Source of the DNA: a bacterium
GTDB taxonomy: Archaea > Thermoplasmatota > E2 > JACPAO01 > JAHFTW01
Assembly (NCBI GenBank): GCA_040390065.1
Contig: JAZJZE010000004.1
Location: 1-64,000, forward strand
Reading direction: 5' to 3'
DNA: 64,000 nucleotides
In this document: in pieces, positions 38,409-47,709 of the stretch
Layout: each line of letters begins with the position of its first letter
Position numbering within the stretch: position 1 is the first letter of the stretch
Position numbers and translations under genes: made by a program
The notes under the pieces: model-generated
The model's input: the letters and a program-made list of their open reading frames with translations, nothing else
What the model was told of the DNA's origin: nothing
Database searches by the model: none

Positions 38409-38816
38409 CTACGACTCGCAGACGTCCTGCGTGGCCAGGGTCAGCACCAGGTCCTCGGTGCCATTCCACATCGCCGAAATCGTGCCTTGCAGGGCGCAGC
38501 TGCCGCTCGTCATGAATTCGTACTCGCCCGCATCGACGAAGCCGAAGGCAACGCAGCCCTTGGCGTTGGAACGACTGTCGGCATAGGCGTGCCAATCGCG
38601 CAAGGCCGTGACGCCCAGGTTTGGCGCGATGGTGCCATTGGGCGACCGCACCTGGACGAAGGCGGCCAGGTTGCCAAGGGAAAGGGAACCGCAATCGCGC
38701 ACCACCGGGGCCTCGTCCGGAGAGACCGTTGGAACCGATGCCGACGGAGGGGGTGCCTGCTGGACGGTGCAGCCGGAGACCAAGGCCGCCAGCCCGACGG
38801 CAGCCAGCCAACGCAT
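38409..38816 (-). CDS. Hypothetical lipoprotein
   Basis: MRWLAAVGLAALVSGC lipobox. Confidence 0.6.
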   Translation of the reverse strand: MRWLAAVGLAALVSGCTVQQAPPPSASVPTVSPDEAPVVRDCGSLSLGNLAAFVQVRSPNGTIAPNLGVTALRDWHAYADSRSNAKGCVAFGFVDAGEYEFMTSGSCALQGTISAMWNGTEDLVLTLATQDVCES

Positions 38817-38919
38817 GGTCCTTTCCTTGGCCGCGGCACGATAACTCCGTTCCTCTCCCGGCAAGCGGTCGCGTCCGGACTACGACACGCTGATTTAGCC
38901 TCCGGGCGCTGTTTGGGCA

Positions 38920-39744
38920 GTGAGACCCGCCGCGGCAAGCTCCGAGCCCCAACTCCTGGACCTCCCCATGGTCAAGGCTGGCCGCGCCGAACGCCTCAAG
39001 GCCGCCGGCATCGACACGGTCGAGAAACTGTGGAAGGCCGACATCGGGAAATTGGCGGAGCATCCCGCCTTTGCCACCGACGACGGCCTGCTTGGCCAAT
39101 TGCCCTTGCTGCAAGGGTACGCCGAGGCACACGCGAAGGGGACCGCCGTCGTGTACGCTGCCGACGAGCGCATCTTCAACTTGAAGAAACCCATCGTCCA
39201 CCTCGACCTGGAGTTCGACGGGCCGGCCGCCGAAATCTTCCTCTACGGGTTCCTCGACCACGACACCAACCGGCAGGAGCAATGGTTCGATGCCAGCCGC
39301 ACCGGGCAGGAGGGGCTCTTGCGCAACTTCCAGAAGATCTGCAAGGACGACGACCCCACCGTCGTGACGTGGGGCGGGACCTCCTCGGATGTGGTGCAGT
39401 TGCGCCGGGCGTGCGAGAAGTACAAAATGGACACGGCGTGGCTGCGCAAGGTCAAGTGGCTGGACCTGCAGACCCAAGTCGTCTACACGGGGAATCCGGA
39501 GACGCAACGCATCTACCTGCCCGTCAAGAATTTCTCCAGCGACACGGTGGCCAAGTTCTTCGGCTACCAGAAACCGCGCCTCAAGGTCAAGGACGGGTAC
39601 CAGGCCCTGAAGCTGTACCAGGCCTACAAGCGCGCCCCCCGCGAAGGCATCAAGCGCGACCTCATGGAGTACAACCTCGAGGACATCAAGCACACCAAGC
39701 TCATCCTGGAAGGTGTCCGCAACCTCATGCAGACGCATCGATAA
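38920..39744 (+). CDS. RNase H-like (DEDD, YprB/RNase_H_2) exonuclease with an N-terminal HhH domain
   Basis: RLKAAGIDTVEKL HhH; HLDLEFD, WLDL, YNLEDI. Confidence 0.8.
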   Translation: MRPAAASSEPQLLDLPMVKAGRAERLKAAGIDTVEKLWKADIGKLAEHPAFATDDGLLGQLPLLQGYAEAHAKGTAVVYAADERIFNLKKPIVHLDLEFDGPAAEIFLYGFLDHDTNRQEQWFDASRTGQEGLLRNFQKICKDDDPTVVTWGGTSSDVVQLRRACEKYKMDTAWLRKVKWLDLQTQVVYTGNPETQRIYLPVKNFSSDTVAKFFGYQKPRLKVKDGYQALKLYQAYKRAPREGIKRDLMEYNLEDIKHTKLILEGVRNLMQTHR

Positions 39745-39801
39745 GGCGGCACGTTGAAGGTCGGAAGGCACAAGAACCGCGACCGGCGTGGACGCGTAGT
39801 C

Positions 39802-40530
39802 ATGATGCTTCGCCTCTTGGTCGCGCTCGCCATCGTCGCCGCACCAGCCGCACACGCCCTCGACCCCGGCAGCATCACCTTCACGTCGCTGGCCGCCGCG
39901 CGTTTCGAGATCACCTCGTCGGCCTCCGGGGACGCCGCCGCAAAGACCCGCCAGGCCATCGACCGCGCCGGTCCAAACGCCACGGGCGACGGCAACGGCA
40001 TCGTGACCCAACAGGAAATCCAAGGGTACGCCGACGCCTTCAAGGTATACCGCCAGGCGGCGCTGATTGGCAGCATCACGTCCGGCAACCTGACCCTCGA
40101 CGGCCACCGCCCGACGTCGGCCTCCGTCGACCTCGTCGATTTCCGTGGCGCCGAAGGGAACATCGCAAGCGGCGATTCCCTCACCCTCGTCATCGACGTG
40201 GTCGCCGTGTTTGCCCCGGGCGCCGGGGACACACATGTCTTCGGCATGACGCGCGGCGCAAGCGAAGGCCAGCCGCCCCAGATCAGCATGACCATCACCG
40301 TGCCACCAGGCTACCGCATCGCCTCGACGAGCGGCCTGCCGACGGGGTCCTACCTGAGCGCTGACAAGCACAGCGTCGGCTTCACGGATGACCCACAGCT
40401 TTCCTGGGCTGGCACCATCGTCTTCACCCCGGAACCCCCGGCGTCGACCCCTGCGCCGGGGCTGGCCCTCGTGGCGGTGGGGCTGCTCCTCTGCGTCGGC
40501 CTGCTTCGACGCGTCTCTCGCTCGCCCTAG
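39802..40530 (+). CDS. Surface protein with an EF-hand-like loop and C-terminal anchor (paralog B)
   Basis: Signal peptide, GDGNGIVTQQE, ends TPAPGLALVAVGLLLCVGLLRR. Confidence 0.7.
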   Translation: MMLRLLVALAIVAAPAAHALDPGSITFTSLAAARFEITSSASGDAAAKTRQAIDRAGPNATGDGNGIVTQQEIQGYADAFKVYRQAALIGSITSGNLTLDGHRPTSASVDLVDFRGAEGNIASGDSLTLVIDVVAVFAPGAGDTHVFGMTRGASEGQPPQISMTITVPPGYRIASTSGLPTGSYLSADKHSVGFTDDPQLSWAGTIVFTPEPPASTPAPGLALVAVGLLLCVGLLRRVSRSP

Positions 40531-41978
40531 GGCGTCCGCAAGAGATACGTCGGCGTCGAGAATTCAAGGCCGTCAGCGGTAAAGCGCTTGACGACGGCTT
40601 CGCGCAGATCCGATTCGACGTCGTTGCGTTTTCGCACGTCGCCAATCCAGGCCCGCAGCGCGAAGTCGAGGCCATGGTCCCCGAGCTTGCGCAGGCGAGC
40701 ATACGGCTCGAGGCCGCCATCGGCAAGCACTTGCGGATGCGCTTTGGCCGTCTCGACCAATGCCCGCTTGACGGTCTCGGGGTCGCAGCCGAAGGCCACG
40801 CCGACATCGATCGTAATCTTGTAGCGCCGGTCCGGTTTCACGAGGTTGACGACGCGCTTGGAGGCCAACTGGTTGTTGGGCATGACGATCATCTCGTGGT
40901 TGCTGCGGTGGTACAAGTGCGTCGACCGCAACCCGATGCGAGCGACCTGGCACACCTCGCCGGACTCGAGGGCGATCTCGTCGCCTTCGCGAAACGGCTG
41001 GTCCAACAGGAGGTGCAGGCCGCTGAAGAAGTTCGACAGTGTGTCCTGCGCGGCGAACGCGACGACCATGGAGACGAGCACGGAGCCAGCGGCGAAGTAG
41101 GTGAGGTCGATGCCCAGGCCGGCGACGAAGAAGAACACGGCGCCAAGCACGATGAGGACGCCGCCCATCTTCTCAAGGACAGGGAGCAGGCGCTCGTCCA
41201 GGCGGCTGTGCAGGCGCTCGGCGTGGCGCCGGCCGTACTCGTGCAACGCCTCGTACCAGATGCGGTAGAGCACGTAGCCGACGACGGTGATCTGCACGAT
41301 GCGTGCGGCCGTCTCCGTGGTGGCAAATGCCCAGTCGGGCAACTCGAAGGCTTCGAGGCTCTGCTTGAGTCCAAGGACGAAGAGAAGGGCAAACAGCGGC
41401 GTGCCGGCGATGTCCGCTAGTGCGTCGTCGAACTTGTTGCGTGTGCGCGAGGTGATGACGCGCAAGGCGGGCTTGACCAGCAGGCGGGCCCCCAAGGCGA
41501 TGGCGAGCCAGGCGATGACGTCGAGGAGGAAGACGCCGATGGAGTTGTCGAGGGGCGGCGGCAGCGGGTTCTCGAACCGGTCGAGCACGAGGTCCGTACC
41601 ACTGGCTGTGACGGTGACGCTGGATTCGAGGTGCGTGGCGTTCGTCCCTGCCACCGCTTCGACTTCGAAACGCACGTGGGCGACGTGCGGGCTTGGCCGC
41701 GACGCCGTCTGCAGCACGACCTCGAAGGTCCGGCTCTCACCGGCGCGGATGCTCTGCTGCGGCGCGGAAAGCGTCGCGTGCCAATTGGTCGACGCGTCGA
41801 GGTGCACGGACGCCAACAAGAGTTGGCCGGGCTCGCCGGCACCCGCCGCCACGGTCCACACGTACGTGGCCGTCGTGCCGCGGCCCATCGTGTCGGGCGC
41901 CGTCGCGGGGGCTAGGTCGAGGGCATGCACCGGGGCCGCCACGAGCACGATGGCCAGGACCGGCAGCCAAGCCTTCAC
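40527..41978 (-). CDS. mscS: MscS mechanosensitive channel with an N-terminal extracellular Ig-like domain
   Basis: AFAAQDTLSNFFSG, PFREGD, IGLRST, MPNNQL. Signal peptide from GTG 41978. Confidence 0.88.
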   Translation of the reverse strand: MKAWLPVLAIVLVAAPVHALDLAPATAPDTMGRGTTATYVWTVAAGAGEPGQLLLASVHLDASTNWHATLSAPQQSIRAGESRTFEVVLQTASRPSPHVAHVRFEVEAVAGTNATHLESSVTVTASGTDLVLDRFENPLPPPLDNSIGVFLLDVIAWLAIALGARLLVKPALRVITSRTRNKFDDALADIAGTPLFALLFVLGLKQSLEAFELPDWAFATTETAARIVQITVVGYVLYRIWYEALHEYGRRHAERLHSRLDERLLPVLEKMGGVLIVLGAVFFFVAGLGIDLTYFAAGSVLVSMVVAFAAQDTLSNFFSGLHLLLDQPFREGDEIALESGEVCQVARIGLRSTHLYHRSNHEMIVMPNNQLASKRVVNLVKPDRRYKITIDVGVAFGCDPETVKRALVETAKAHPQVLADGGLEPYARLRKLGDHGLDFALRAWIGDVRKRNDVESDLREAVVKRFTADGLEFSTPTYLLRTP

Positions 41979-42001
41979 GCAGGTGGCGAGCCGGTGGCGC
42001 G

Positions 42002-42667
42002 CTATGGCGGTTTCGACTGCAACACGCATTGGCCATCCGCGAGTTGCCAGACGCGGTCGCCGAGACGGGCCGCTTCGTCGCGGTCATGCGTCACCCACAA
42101 CGCGGCCACACCTTGCGCGGCGAGGATCGCCTTGACCCGCGGCCCCAAATCGTCGCGCAAATCGCGGTCCAGGCCGGAGAAGGGCTCATCGAGGAGGACC
42201 ACGCGGGGCTGGGCCGCCAGCGTCCGGGCAAGATCGACGCGTTGGCGTTGGCCGCCAGAGAGTTCGTCGACCAGCGACGTGGCCCGGTCCGCCAGCCCGA
42301 CCTCCGCCAACCAGCGTTCGGCTTCGGCGCGTTCGTCACGCCGCCGCACGCCGCGGTAACGCAACCCGAAGGCGACGTTGCGCCAGACGTTGAGGTGCGG
42401 GAACAGGGCTGGCTCCTGGAACATCATGCCGACGCGGCGGCGGTGCGGCGGCAAGCCGTCGAGGCGTTCATCGCCCCAGGAAATCGTGCCGGCATCCGGC
42501 TCTTGCAGGCCCGCGATGCAACGCAGCATCGTCGATTTGCCGCCGCCGCTGGGGCCCAGGAGGAACCCGGATTCGCCAGCGGGGACCTCGAGGCTCGCTC
42601 CCCGCAGCGTCGGGGGCCAGCCGGGATACGTGAAGTGCAGCCCCTCCACGCGCAGTCCGACGCTCAT
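42002..42667 (-). CDS. thiQ: ABC transporter ATP-binding subunit (ThiQ-like)
   Basis: GPSGGGKS, LSGGQRQR, LLDEP, VTHD. Confidence 0.85.
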   Translation of the reverse strand: MSVGLRVEGLHFTYPGWPPTLRGASLEVPAGESGFLLGPSGGGKSTMLRCIAGLQEPDAGTISWGDERLDGLPPHRRRVGMMFQEPALFPHLNVWRNVAFGLRYRGVRRRDERAEAERWLAEVGLADRATSLVDELSGGQRQRVDLARTLAAQPRVVLLDEPFSGLDRDLRDDLGPRVKAILAAQGVAALWVTHDRDEAARLGDRVWQLADGQCVLQSKPP

Positions 42668-44343
42668 AGTGGATCCTCCGCGCGGCGGCCTGCGCGTTCG
42701 ACGAGGACGTAGGCGGCCGCGGCCAAGACCCCGAGCAGACCGGCCAGCGCCATGGAGCTGGCGCGCGCAACGGGGTCGAATGCGGATCCTAGTGACGTGT
42801 TGGCCCACACGGCCAGGCCGCGCGTGCCGGTCGAGGAAAGGATGGTGCTGGCGCCGAAGTCCCCGAGGCTCAAGGCGATGCAGAAGCCGAGGGCCACGAG
42901 GATGGGCTTGCGCAGGATGGGCCAGTGGATGCGGCGGGCCACGGCGGCCGGTCGCGCACCGAGGAGTTGCGCCGCTTCGTCGAGGCGCTGGTCATGCGAT
43001 TCGAAGGCAGGCAGGATGGCGCGGGCGGCAAATGGGAGGATCAGGATGACGTGTGCTGCAAGGACGATCCACACGGTGTACGCAAAGGGCAGCCACGTCC
43101 CCGGCCCGTACGCGAGCATGAAGCCGAGGCCGACGAGGGCCGAACTGGATGCCATGGGAACGGATGCGACGGCTTCGACGGTGCGGCGGCCCCATGCGCC
43201 GAGTCCGCGCGATCCGTACGCGAGGCACGCGCAGGAGGCCAACGCAAGGAGCGTGCCGCCGACGGCGTAGAAGAGGCTGAGCCGCAGTGCCGCGGCGACG
43301 TCGAAGCCGTTGGGCCCGGAGAGGAGGTGACGCCATGGCTGCAGGCTCCAGTGGCCGTTCACCTGGAAGCCGCCGACGAGGACGGCTAGGATGGGAGTCA
43401 GTGCGGCAGCGACCAGCAGCCACGACAATGCCGTCGCGACAGGGCCTGCCGGCCGCGCTTGCCGGGGCACCTCGGCGGGGATGCGCCTCATGCGGCGGCG
43501 CAGCATCAGGTAGCCCGCCAGGAGTAGGCCGTTGAGGGCGAGTTGGATGACGCCGAGGACGGCGGCTTCGCCCATGTCGGGAAAGAGCGCATTGACCTTG
43601 CTGAAGATGACGGTCTCGAGGGTCCGGACCTGGCTCCCTCCCATGAGGAGGACCGTGCCGAAACTGGCGAAGCAGAACAGGAAGACCAGCAGGGCGACGG
43701 CGCCGAGGCTGGGCATGAGAAGTGGCATGGTGATGCGTCGCAGGACCGACCGGCGGTTTGCCCCGAGCGTGCGGGCCGCGTCCTCGAGGCGGTGTGGGCG
43801 GCGGTCCAAGGCGGCGTGTAGCATCCGTGCGGCGAAGCCGTAGTTGTAGTACGCATGGGCGACGAGAATGGGACCAAGGGCGGCTGGCCAGTCGGGAATG
43901 CCCCGAAGGCCTGGCAAGTGGCCCAACGTCGCCGGCAGCCATGCGAACGGTGCGTGGATGACGTGGCCTGTTGCGGACAGGACGTCGACGCCGAGCCAGC
44001 CACGCGGGCCGAGGACCGTTTGCAGGCCGTACACCACCACGAAGACCGGCATGACGAAGGGCGCAGCGTGCAAGGCGAGTTGCAGTCGCCCCATGGGGAC
44101 GCGGCGCGTGTGATAGAACCAGGCAAGCGGCACTGCGATGGCGAGAGTCAGGACGGTACTGAGCGTGGCCTGCTCAATCGTCAGAACGAGGGTGTCACGC
44201 GCATAGGAGTCCCCGGCCCACGCCCAGGCTGCCGGGTCGCGGGCCGCGCCGAGGACGAGGGCCATGGGAACGGCAAACAGGGCGACCAGCAGGAGGGCGG
44301 GCGGCACAAGCAGCCAGGTCTGCCCTCGCGCCAGGGCCGGCAA
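42664..44343 (-). CDS. thiP: ABC transporter permease with duplicated TM domain (ThiP-like)
   Basis: AHAYYN, LEDAARTLGA, LDEAAQLLGA, SLGDFGA. Confidence 0.82.
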   Translation of the reverse strand: MPALARGQTWLLVPPALLLVALFAVPMALVLGAARDPAAWAWAGDSYARDTLVLTIEQATLSTVLTLAIAVPLAWFYHTRRVPMGRLQLALHAAPFVMPVFVVVYGLQTVLGPRGWLGVDVLSATGHVIHAPFAWLPATLGHLPGLRGIPDWPAALGPILVAHAYYNYGFAARMLHAALDRRPHRLEDAARTLGANRRSVLRRITMPLLMPSLGAVALLVFLFCFASFGTVLLMGGSQVRTLETVIFSKVNALFPDMGEAAVLGVIQLALNGLLLAGYLMLRRRMRRIPAEVPRQARPAGPVATALSWLLVAAALTPILAVLVGGFQVNGHWSLQPWRHLLSGPNGFDVAAALRLSLFYAVGGTLLALASCACLAYGSRGLGAWGRRTVEAVASVPMASSSALVGLGFMLAYGPGTWLPFAYTVWIVLAAHVILILPFAARAILPAFESHDQRLDEAAQLLGARPAAVARRIHWPILRKPILVALGFCIALSLGDFGASTILSSTGTRGLAVWANTSLGSAFDPVARASSMALAGLLGVLAAAAYVLVERAGRRAEDPL

Positions 44344-44347
44344 GGCG

Positions 44348-45616
44348 TCACACCGGGCAGGTGGCGTGTGCCTCGTGCAGCGTCGTCCATTCCTTGAGCC
44401 AGCGCTCGAGGTTGGCGGTGATGACGTCGTAGCTCATCGAGGCGTCGTGGAACGAGCCGGGGGTCGGGTCGATGCCTTGGTAGATGCTGCTGACCTTGAT
44501 GGACGGCACCACAGGGTAGACGCCGTCCTTCTCGGCGGCGAGTTTCTGGAAGAAGTCCGTGAGCGAGAACTCGATCCAGGCCTGCGCCGCGGCGCCGTGC
44601 GTCGTGCCCTTGGCGATCGCCATCGTCTGGATCTGGTGGAACGTCGCGTTGGCTTCGAGGACGACGGCGGCCAGGTTCGGCTTGTGTTCCCCGTTGTTTG
44701 CGCCGCGGTAATAGAAGTCCTCGACGGCCGGCGACTCGGTGTACGAGGTCACGATGGGCTTGTCGGCCAACCCGCCGCCGTCGACGCCGTAGCCGGCGCT
44801 GAAGTGTTGCACGTATGCAGTGCTCCAGTCGTCCACGACAAGGACGCAGCCGGCGACTTGGCCGTCGTGGTCGCGGTCCGTGTCGCGGCCGGTGAGGAGG
44901 TCCGTCCAGTAGCTCTGCCAGTCGTAGCGTTGCGGACTGTACTGAGACTTCTCCCCGAAGACGGCGATGGTCGTGAGCAGGAAGGCGAGCCCTGGCGTCG
45001 ACAGCGTCGGGTCCTCGGTCACGAACTGGTCGGCGAAGTGGCGCACGTCGCCGAGGCCGAGGACGGGTTGGCCTTCCAAAGCGGCGCTGGTGGTGTCGAC
45101 GTTGATGGCGACGTAGCCGTGGTCGACCGGTGTGGCGTAGAAGGTGCCGTTCTGGGGGAAGAACATGAGGCTGGGCGCGATGCGGTTGACCATTGCCGGG
45201 CGGTAAGGCTCCAGGACGCCTTGCCGGATCGCCTTGCCGAGCAGCATGTTGTCAAGGCCGTAGATGACGTCGTACTTTCCCGAGGCCTTGCTGTCGGCGA
45301 GCGTCTTGAGGGACTTCACGCCGTCGCCGCCGTTCTCCTTCACCACGGTGACGCCGGTGAGGTCATGGAACTGGGTCGCGGCGACGTCGAAGCCCTCGAA
45401 GGCGCCGTTGTCGAGGAGTGTGATGGTGGTCCCGTCCAAGTTGGGCCAGGCATTGGGGTCGAGGCCCGACGGGTCCTTCTTGTAGCCGTCCAGGTTGACG
45501 TAGCGTTCCGGTGCCGTCGGGGGCTCCAGGCAACCGCCGAGGACGCTCACGGCGAACAGGAGTGCGGCAAGCGGGGCGAAGCGGCGCGCTGCCCGGGCGG
45601 CTGCTGGGCTGGACAC
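44348..45616 (-). CDS. thiB: Thiamine ABC transporter substrate-binding lipoprotein
   Basis: LGGC lipobox; YGLDN, PVDHGYVAIN, STPGLAFL, DDWSTAY, SYTESP. Confidence 0.82.
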   Translation of the reverse strand: MSSPAAARAARRFAPLAALLFAVSVLGGCLEPPTAPERYVNLDGYKKDPSGLDPNAWPNLDGTTITLLDNGAFEGFDVAATQFHDLTGVTVVKENGGDGVKSLKTLADSKASGKYDVIYGLDNMLLGKAIRQGVLEPYRPAMVNRIAPSLMFFPQNGTFYATPVDHGYVAINVDTTSAALEGQPVLGLGDVRHFADQFVTEDPTLSTPGLAFLLTTIAVFGEKSQYSPQRYDWQSYWTDLLTGRDTDRDHDGQVAGCVLVVDDWSTAYVQHFSAGYGVDGGGLADKPIVTSYTESPAVEDFYYRGANNGEHKPNLAAVVLEANATFHQIQTMAIAKGTTHGAAAQAWIEFSLTDFFQKLAAEKDGVYPVVPSIKVSSIYQGIDPTPGSFHDASMSYDVITANLERWLKEWTTLHEAHATCPV

Positions 45617-45684
45617 GCCTCGGCCAGGGGCGGGAGGGATATAAGTCGTGGATGTCGGAAAGCGACCCCGTCAACGACGCCGGC

Positions 45685-46548
45685 TTAGGAGGCTGCGACC
45701 GCCGCGACGGGCGCCATGACGTCGGGTTGACCGTTCAGGCTGTTGAGGGCGCGGCCGCCGAGCGTCGTCGCGATGAACAGGGTGCCTTCGGCGCCCGGCA
45801 GTTCGTCGAGGAGGCCGAATTCGACGAGCTTCTTGAGGTGCCAGCGCGCCGTGCCGACGTGCAGGCCCAGTTCATGCGCGAGGGCCGCGGCGCCGAGGCC
45901 GCTCTTGCGTTGCACGACTTCGAACAGGGCGCGGGCGTTCGGGTTCTGCAGCGCCGTGACGGCGCGGCCGACCTTCTTGACTTCGATGCCGCCTTCGGCC
46001 GGGTAGAAGACGCGGAAGCCGTTGGCGCGTTCCGAGCGCACCAGTTCGGCGGATTCGAGTTTGCGGATATGCCAGAGGATGCTCGAGGTCTTCATGTGGA
46101 ATTCCTCACTGAGCTTCTTGAGGTGGACGCCGGGGTTGCCCTTGATGAAGCCGAAGAGCATGGCGCGCTGCGGGTTCTTGAGGGCCTCCTTGGGCGTGAT
46201 GTAGCGCGTGACGAGAGCGAAGGTCGCGACACCGAGGGCTGCAACGCCGAGGGTTGCGAGACTGGCCATCATGAGGCCGTCATGGAACGCGGCGCGCACA
46301 CGGTCGCCGAAGCCGGGGTCCCGCACTTCTTCGGGTGCGCCGGGGGCTGGGGCGCCTTGGCTGGGGCCATTGGGATTGAGGACAGGGTCGAGGGCGCCGT
46401 TCGGGTCTTGCACGGCCCCCGCGGGGTCGGAAGCCGCGCCCTGGGCAGCGGAGCCCGCGCCCGCGACGACTTGGGCGGGATCCGTCGTGGCCATGGCCAG
46501 TGGGACAAGGGCGAGCCCAGCCACGAGCAGTAGCGCAGTCAGACGCAT
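45685..46548 (-). CDS. Membrane-anchored double winged-helix transcriptional regulator
   Basis: Signal peptide and TM, then ALKNPQR..IKGNPG..WHIRKLE and a second HTH (ARWHLKKL). Confidence 0.8.
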   Translation of the reverse strand: MRLTALLLVAGLALVPLAMATTDPAQVVAGAGSAAQGAASDPAGAVQDPNGALDPVLNPNGPSQGAPAPGAPEEVRDPGFGDRVRAAFHDGLMMASLATLGVAALGVATFALVTRYITPKEALKNPQRAMLFGFIKGNPGVHLKKLSEEFHMKTSSILWHIRKLESAELVRSERANGFRVFYPAEGGIEVKKVGRAVTALQNPNARALFEVVQRKSGLGAAALAHELGLHVGTARWHLKKLVEFGLLDELPGAEGTLFIATTLGGRALNSLNGQPDVMAPVAAVAAS

Positions 46549-46636
46549 GAAGGGCCATGTCCCACCAGAAGGTCATAACTGTTGTGGCCGGGGACTAAAA
46601 GGATGGAGGCCGGCCGACAGGAGGCGGGGTGGGTGC

Positions 46637-46843
46637 CTAGCCGGAAGGCGCGCGAGGCCGCAGGGTGAAAGGGACGAGCATCAGGCACAGGCCAATCGTT
46701 AGGACGACGGTCGTCAGAATCCAATCATCGCTGATTCCGTTTTTCGAGGAAGACGCGAGGAGCAGGTTGTACCGGTAGGCCACACCGGATGAGACCAGCA
46801 AGCTCCCAGCAACGACAGACGCCGTTGCCCAGGTCAGGCGCAT
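46637..46843 (-). CDS. Small 2-TM protein
   Basis: Two hydrophobic segments, downstream of radB. Confidence 0.45.
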   Translation of the reverse strand: MRLTWATASVVAGSLLVSSGVAYRYNLLLASSSKNGISDDWILTTVVLTIGLCLMLVPFTLRPRAPSG

Positions 46844-46885
46844 GCCACGCGCAGTGCGCGTCCCCGCCATGGACCTTGCGATGGG

Positions 46886-47653
46886 CTACACGCCCTCGAG
46901 ACCTGTCATCCCGATGCGGAACTCTGCGCGGCGGCCCTCCTCGATGCTGCGGTGCTTGATGACCGTCGCTCGCCGGGAACCATCGCTGCGCTTCTCGAAC
47001 CGGATGAGGGCCTTGACGAGGTGCTCCATGACGCGGCGGGCAAACGGCTGGGTCGCGTCCTCGCCCCCGTAGACTTGACCCGTGACGAGGACCGGGACCT
47101 GGTTCTGGCGAGCGAAACCCGTGAGGTGATGCAGCTGCTTGTACAGGCTGCGGCTGGCCTCGCCCTCCGCGCCCTCGGCGCCGTCGATGTGCAGGCGATA
47201 ATGCATGTTGATGGAATCCACGACGATGAGGCCCAAGTCGGGCACACGCGTCGCGTTCTGCACGAGGCGCTCCTGCTCCTCGATGGTGTACGGCGTGAAG
47301 AACAGGACCCGTTCCATGAGTTCGTCCACGGTGGGCTCCGAGGACGGCACGGAGGCTTCGGCGTCGAGGGTGGACTGGCCAGGCGTCTCGCCTCCATCCG
47401 CCGTAATCTGCTGGATGCCGACTGCGGCGTGCGGCTCATGCGCAGAGAAGACTTGCCGGAGCCGCACGGAACTCACGCCCTCCGTGTCCACGTACGCGAT
47501 GCGCCGGCCCTTGCGGGCCACTTCCCGGGCGCACTGCAGGGCCAGGTTCGTCTTGCCAGACCCACCTTCACCGAAGACCAACGTGATTGCGTCGCATTCC
47601 AGCCCACCGTCCAGCAGGCCGTCCAGCGGCGATGCCGTCGGCAAGTAATCCAC
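46886..47653 (-). CDS. radB: DNA repair protein RadB
   Basis: LDGLLDGGLE, GEGGSGKT, YVDTEG, IVVDS, RadB-specific KHRS motif. Confidence 0.9.
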   Translation of the reverse strand: MDYLPTASPLDGLLDGGLECDAITLVFGEGGSGKTNLALQCAREVARKGRRIAYVDTEGVSSVRLRQVFSAHEPHAAVGIQQITADGGETPGQSTLDAEASVPSSEPTVDELMERVLFFTPYTIEEQERLVQNATRVPDLGLIVVDSINMHYRLHIDGAEGAEGEASRSLYKQLHHLTGFARQNQVPVLVTGQVYGGEDATQPFARRVMEHLVKALIRFEKRSDGSRRATVIKHRSIEEGRRAEFRIGMTGLEGV

Positions 47654-47709
47654 GGACCCTGCCAGGGGCCGGGGGGCGATGAAGGCGTTGGCTCAGGCCC
47701 TGGCCTGCA

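Noticed and set aside
45617-45684. TPP riboswitch upstream of thiB
   Set aside because: Only 68 nt, no CTGAGA or ACCTG core, and TATA spacing implies a leaderless mRNA.
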